Positions 58,041 to 64,000 of a stretch of 64,000 bases of DNA are shown here, piece by piece. The notes beneath the pieces were generated by a model that had not been told where the DNA came from, made no database searches, and worked only from the letters and a program-made list of their open reading frames with translations. A program made the position numbers and the translations under genes. This DNA comes from Eledone cirrhosa (lineage: Eukaryota), in contig OZ024742.1 in NCBI GenBank assembly GCA_964016885.1, forward strand, positions 201,624,001-201,688,000, written 5' to 3'. The stretch's first letter is position 1; every line of letters begins with the position of its first letter.

Positions 58041-58415
58041 ATATACAATATATTAACAAATGGAAACTATATTTATAAAACCATATTTATTTCATTATAC
58101 ATATTTCAAGGACACCAAAGCAAATTATGATGCGCTTTCATCACATAAAATATAATATAGATAAGTTTTATAAACAAATATTGACATGCCCTTAAAGAAT
58201 GCGACCATGTCTATATTATATTTTATCTGATGAAAGCGCACCATAATTTGCTTTGGTGTCCTTGAAATATGTAGAATGAAATAAATATGGTTTTATAAAT
58301 ATAGTTTCCATTTGTTAATATATTGTATATTTACTTCAAAAATTTGTTGAGTGCTTTATATTAATTATAAAAAATATTTGCTTGTTGCATCCCAACAAAT
58401 TAAATATGACTTCTA
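58041..58415. mobile_element. Small fold-back element with a HHR in each ~120-bp arm and a one-sided tail
   Basis: Arms 58041-58161 / 58210-58330. Motif: tattttat-CTGATGA-aagcgcacca...tggtgtcctt-GAAA-tatgta. Confidence 0.82.
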
Positions 58416-58809
58416 CATATATATATATATATTTTTTTTTATATAAGTATATATATATATACATATATACACACAAAAGAAAAAGGGACAACTTAGAATG
58501 CATAGCGCACATCCACACATATAAATACAAATACCAACGCATAGGCCGAACTACATACATCTACACATACGTACGCATACATGTTACCGCATGGATACAC
58601 CTGCACGCATGCACTTCCGCCTACACACACGGAAGTGGCCCACATATACATGTACATATATAAACACACCTGTAAGTGAACAGTTGAAAATACATTATGC
58701 AATAAAAAAGAGCATAATAACATAAAACTGTATAATAACATAAAACAGTATAATAACATAAGGAAAATATACAATGAAATATAATATACAATTTGGTATA
58801 CATATACAT

Positions 58810-58891
<82 letters not shown>

Positions 58892-58996
58892 ATTATACAT
58901 ATATACACACATACACAGAAGCACACGTACACAGTCTCTTACGTACATATACGCATATATGCGGGTATGTATAGAGGATATGTCATAAAATAATAC

Positions 58997-59027
<31 letters not shown>

Positions 59028-59714
59028 CATATATTGTCCATATATAAACATCCGCACACATTCCCAAGAGATGCACATAAACGCATACATGTATTCACAA
59101 ATACATATGCACACATATAGAGGCCCGTAAATGCATGCACCTGCACCCCCACACACATCCACATATATACACCCATACACATCCACATATGTATACGCAC
59201 ACTTACCCGCCCGCACACACACACACCTACACATATGTGGCTATAGTACTTACTCATACACATATAGACAGTATGCAGTACGTACACACACACACACACA
59301 CACACATACATACACTCACGCAAGTTGACCCGCTAACATGCACACACATAAAAATAAGAATGTATATAAACATAGATATAAAAACACAGATATAAAAACA
59401 CACATACATACACATATATATAAACACGCACCTCGCGCACATACGGAGGCGTTCGTGTAAATATACAAAAAGTATACACACGTAAAGACGCTCAGACACA
59501 GAGATACAGGGTATAAAAACAGCCTTGTGAATAAGTGAGTGCAAATATAAAAAAAAATTGGCTGTGAAATAACAGAAAATATCTGGAATGGAAAACGCAA
59601 GTGACTAGTGTAATCAGGTAGTGAAGAAAATAGGGAAGTAAAAGGTGGAAAGTGAAAATATTAAGTAAGTGAAAAGGAGAGTAAAGTAGGGGGGTTAGTG
59701 GTGGATGTGAAGTT

Positions 59715-59754
59715 AAAAAAAAAAAAAAATAAAATAAATAAATAAATGAATAAA

Positions 59755-59785
<31 letters not shown>

Positions 59786-60290
59786 AAAAAATAAAAAAAA
59801 AAATAAAATAAAAAATAAAAAAAAATAAAAAAAAATAAAAATAAAAATAAAAATAAAAATAAAAATAAAAATAAAAATAAAAATAAAAATAAAAATAAAA
59901 ATAAAAATAGAAATAAAAATAAAAATAAAAATAAAAATAAAAATAAAAATAAAAATAAAAATAAAAATAAAAATAAAAATAAAAATAAAAATAAAAATAA
60001 AAATAAAAATAAAAATAAAAATAAAAATAAAAATAAAAATAAAAATAAAAATAAAAATAAAAATAAAAATAAAAATAAAAATAATAAAAATAATAAAAAT
60101 AAAAATAAAAATAAAAATAAAAATAATAAAAATAAAAATAAAAATAAAAATAAAAATAAAAATAAAAATAAAAATAAAAATAAAAATAAAAATAAAAATA
60201 AAAATAAAAATAAAAATAAAAATAAAAATAAAAATAAAAATAAAAATAAAAATAAAAATAAAAATAAAAATAAAAATAAAAATAAAATTA
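59715..60290. repeat. (TAAAAA)n hexamer tract in a PLE 3' UTR
   Basis: Direct reading, immediately downstream of the minus-strand GIY-YIG stop at 60346. Confidence 0.95.
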
Positions 60291-60345
60291 ATAATAGGGT
60301 TAAACATGAAAGTAAATCAGAATAATTTGAGTGAAGAATAAGAGC

Positions 60346-60925
60346 TTATGGAGGATAAGTATCTGAAAGTGTGTTAAGTTTATATGAGCTGGAAAGCAGG
60401 TGTGATTTCATGTGTGGGCAACTGGTGAAAATTTCACTCTTTGTGTTTAGGCAGGTCTTTGGTGATTTAAGGTTTTGCAAAATCCAATATTTTTCATTTA
60501 TGCAGAGCGTGCATTTTCTTGTTCCTCTTGCATATTCTTTAGATTGGTTCAAAATTGACCAATCCAATTTATATTGGGTACCTTGGTCTTTCAAATCCCA
60601 TATTCTGCTAGCCAGAGCTGTTGTAAATCTTTTTTCAGGATGTCGAAAGGATGCGACATGTGAGTAATAACGTGTTTTGAATTTGTCTTGCGTCATACCC
60701 ACATATCGTTCACTGGTGGCTGGTTGGTTGTTGCTGATGGTTGTCACTTTAGCCGCATATACAATGGCTTTGGTATTGCATTTACCTTGTAATGGGCATT
60801 CACTTTTGATTCTACAGGAGCAATTTTGATGTTCTCTAGGTGATTTTTTGTTGATTAAATAGGATTTAATGGGGGGACCGCAGAAGTAGCTAATTTTGAC
60901 ACAGTTTCTATTAAAGATCTTATAG
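60346..60925 (-). pseudogene. PLE 3' fragment with an uninterrupted GIY-YIG domain
   Basis: VKISY...[26 protein letters not shown]...[16 protein letters not shown]...CTLCINEK...LNTKSE. Confidence 0.9.
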
Positions 60926-60990
60926 TATATACATATATATATATATACATATATATATACATATATATACATATATATATATAAATATAC

Positions 60991-61054
<64 letters not shown>

Positions 61055-61057
<3 letters not shown>

Positions 61058-63204
61058 AAAGAATAGAGGTGTAACACACGAGTTGTGATATATTGGTAAA
61101 AGGAAAAGAAAATGCTGACAAATTGTTCCCAGTGAAAATTAGTTTAATTAGGAATAAGTAAAAATTAGTAATAAGTATTGGTTAGTATTCAGTTTTAGTT
61201 TTAAGTTGTTACCGGTTGCGCATTTCTAATGCTTTTCAAAAATTATTTTGAGATAGAGCGCCCGTGATGTTTGCTCTAATCTGATTAGTTTTGGAAATTC
61301 CACCTATTTTATGTGAAAAAAGTGGCTCCAGATGTATTAAAATAAGTTTCGCGCCAATTCGTGTTGCAAAAATTCTTGTGGTCAAAACAATTTTGATTGA
61401 TTGGTAGAGGTCACGTGAATGTTAAAAATTGATTTTGCGCCAAATGTAGGTTTGTCGAAGAGTGTCCTTTTTCGCCTGATTGAGAAGTCGCTGAAAAATA
61501 AGTCTTTTAAGACAAATAAATGTGTGTGTGTGTCTAAAGTACTAAACTAATTTGGAAACACTCTCCACTTACACATAGAAAAGAACTGGAAGCGATATCT
61601 AGATGACTGCTTCATCCTTTAGGACGAAAACATCGAGAAACTTAAAGAATTTCACACCCTTATAAATGAGCTCAACATGAATATTAACTTTACGATGGAA
61701 TACAGCCATCAACAACTCCCCTTCCTCGACATCCTCATTAAGATTCATAACAAAAAAATAGAAACAGACATATACTACAAGCCCACAGACTCCAAGCAAT
61801 ATCTTCCTTTCAACTCTTGCCACCCTAGACACGTTAAAATTAATATTCCCTACAACTTAGCCAAGAGAATCTGTACTATAGTCTCCAATAAAAACACCTG
61901 TTAATTACGGCTACAAGAACTAAAGGACACACTCATAGGCAGGGACTACCGTGCATCACTAATTGACAATGGAATCCAACGTGCCCTAAAACTTAGTACC
62001 CAGGATCTTAGACCCCCTAAAGTAAATCAACCGAAACTAAAAGCTCTTCCATACATCTCCACACACAACCCTCTCAACAATGAGGCCTTTGACACCATCC
62101 TCCAGAACATCCCTGTGCTAAAAAAGGACCATAGAATGAACCAAATCCTTCGATCACACGATATCATAAAGAGTAAAAGACAATCTAAGTCAATGAAAAA
62201 CATCCTAACACATGCCAAAGTACTGCCAACCACAACAACGAAACCCACAGTAAAAAAATGCGATAGACCCAACTGTGGCATATGCATCAACCTAATAGAG
62301 GGTTCGGAATTCTATTTCAAAGAAGGACAACGTTTTATAGTAAAACACAATTTCACATGCGCATCAGAAAATCTAATATATGTATTAACTTGCTCAGGTT
62401 GTCGAGAACAATACATAGGCCAAACCAAAAATAGCCTCCGCCAATGCATGACTATCCATAGATCCCAAATTAAAATACGGGAATACAAGAAAATACCACT
62501 GAGGGAACACATTGATGCCTGTGCCGCCCAAAATCATCCCAACTTTAGAATCTTCCCCCTCTACAAATATAAAGATAATGCCACCCACACCCAGCGCATC
62601 AGCAAGGAATCTCACTTTATTAACAAATACGGACCCCGTCTAAACACTTCTCCCTAAGACGAACCCACATCATACACACGTCAACATACATACCTAGATC
62701 AGCATACATCCTACATATATCTCTATCCACATATAAACGCAATGACATACGTAAACACACATGTTCTATGGTGCAACACAAATATACACAAATTTGCATA
62801 CATTTGATGTCTATAGATATAAACGTGCCGATACACACACATACATATACGCCCACATGCATTGCACACTAATAGGCACATACATATTTGTACACAAGTA
62901 TTCCAATACGGCAGGGCCTAATGGATTCCCCTTGCAGTACGTACAATCTGGACACTCACACACACCTTGGTGTTATGACAATACTATATATCATTTCACA
63001 CCTTTTATTATTAATGTTTTTGATGTTCTCTTGAGAGAATCGTTTTTGCTGAAAATATCGAATAATGTACACCATTTTTACCAGTATCACAAACATACTG
63101 GTCCACCACCCCCACACACATTTACACACACACACACACATATATATACACACACACATACACACGCGTACACTAACATACAAAGAGACATATAGACACA
63201 CACG

Positions 63205-63275
<71 letters not shown>

Positions 63276-63383
63276 CTCCGTATAAGACAAGAGCTGAAAA
63301 ATAACTTTCAACATGTTAAAATATCCCCCACACACGTACAGACTCATTCCTACTGACCGATCCCTCTACCACGAATTACTCTG

Positions 63384-63427
<44 letters not shown>

Positions 63428-63523
63428 TTGTCTTAATAGGCACCTGAACTGTTCACCTTTCAACATGACTGCAATTCACACACACATCCCTACTGACTAT
63501 TATCACAACAATGAACCTCTTTA

Positions 63524-63575
<52 letters not shown>

Positions 63576-64000
63576 TTGTCTTAAAAGACTTATTTTTCAG
63601 TGACTTCTCAATCAGGCGAAAAAGGACACTCTTCGACAAACCTACATTTGGCGCAAAATCAATTTTTAACATTCACGTGACCTCTACCGACCAATCAAAA
63701 TTGTTTTGACCACAAGAATTTTAGCAACACGAATTGGCGCGAAACTTATTTTAATACCTCTGGAGCCACTTTTTTCACATAAAACAGGTAGAATTTCCAA
63801 AACTAATCAGATTAGAGCAAACATCACGGGCGCTCTATCTCAAAATAATTTTTGAAAAGCATTAGAAATGCGCAACCGGTACCAACTTAAAACTAAAACT
63901 GAATACTAACCAATACTATTACTAATTTTTACTTATTCCTAATTGAACTATTTTTCACTGGGAACAATTTGTCAGCATTTTCTTTTCCTTTTACCAATAT
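61055..64000 (+). mobile_element. 5'-truncated Neptune-type PLE with inverted terminal arms (61090-61533 vs ~63555-64000), putative parent of the 400-bp palindromes
   Basis: The arms are reverse complements, and their outer ~190 bp match the palindrome arms. The right end runs off the window. Confidence 0.88.
61540..62657 (+). pseudogene. PLE RT C-terminal half, Cys knuckle and GIY-YIG (two in-frame stops)
   Basis: WKRYLDDCF, LPFLDILI...TDIYYKPTDSKQYL.FNSCHP, CDRPNCGIC, LIYVLTCSGCREQYIGQT. Confidence 0.92.

Overview
AT-rich, microsatellite-dense eukaryotic DNA, probably mollusc or cephalopod (inferred from the SINE types and (TA)n/(CA)n load). I recognise no host gene. Most ORF-track entries are microsatellite artefacts. 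The window is a nest of transposons: at least seven Penelope-like retroelement (PLE; RT + GIY-YIG) copies or fragments, one decayed full-span Helitron, a mariner fragment, hAT-type MITEs, CRE-like and L1/Tx1-like LINE fragments, and tRNA-derived SINEs. The most striking pattern is that PLE-related insertions are repeatedly head-to-head fold-back palindromes sitting in (TA)n tracts, with arms from about 120 bp to 3.3 kb. These include four copies of a ~400-bp near-perfect hairpin derived from the 3' end of the PLE at 61.0-64.0 kb. About a dozen hammerhead ribozyme (HHR) motifs from several families were read by eye, two families carrying a CCGANGA core variant. All coordinates were counted by eye.
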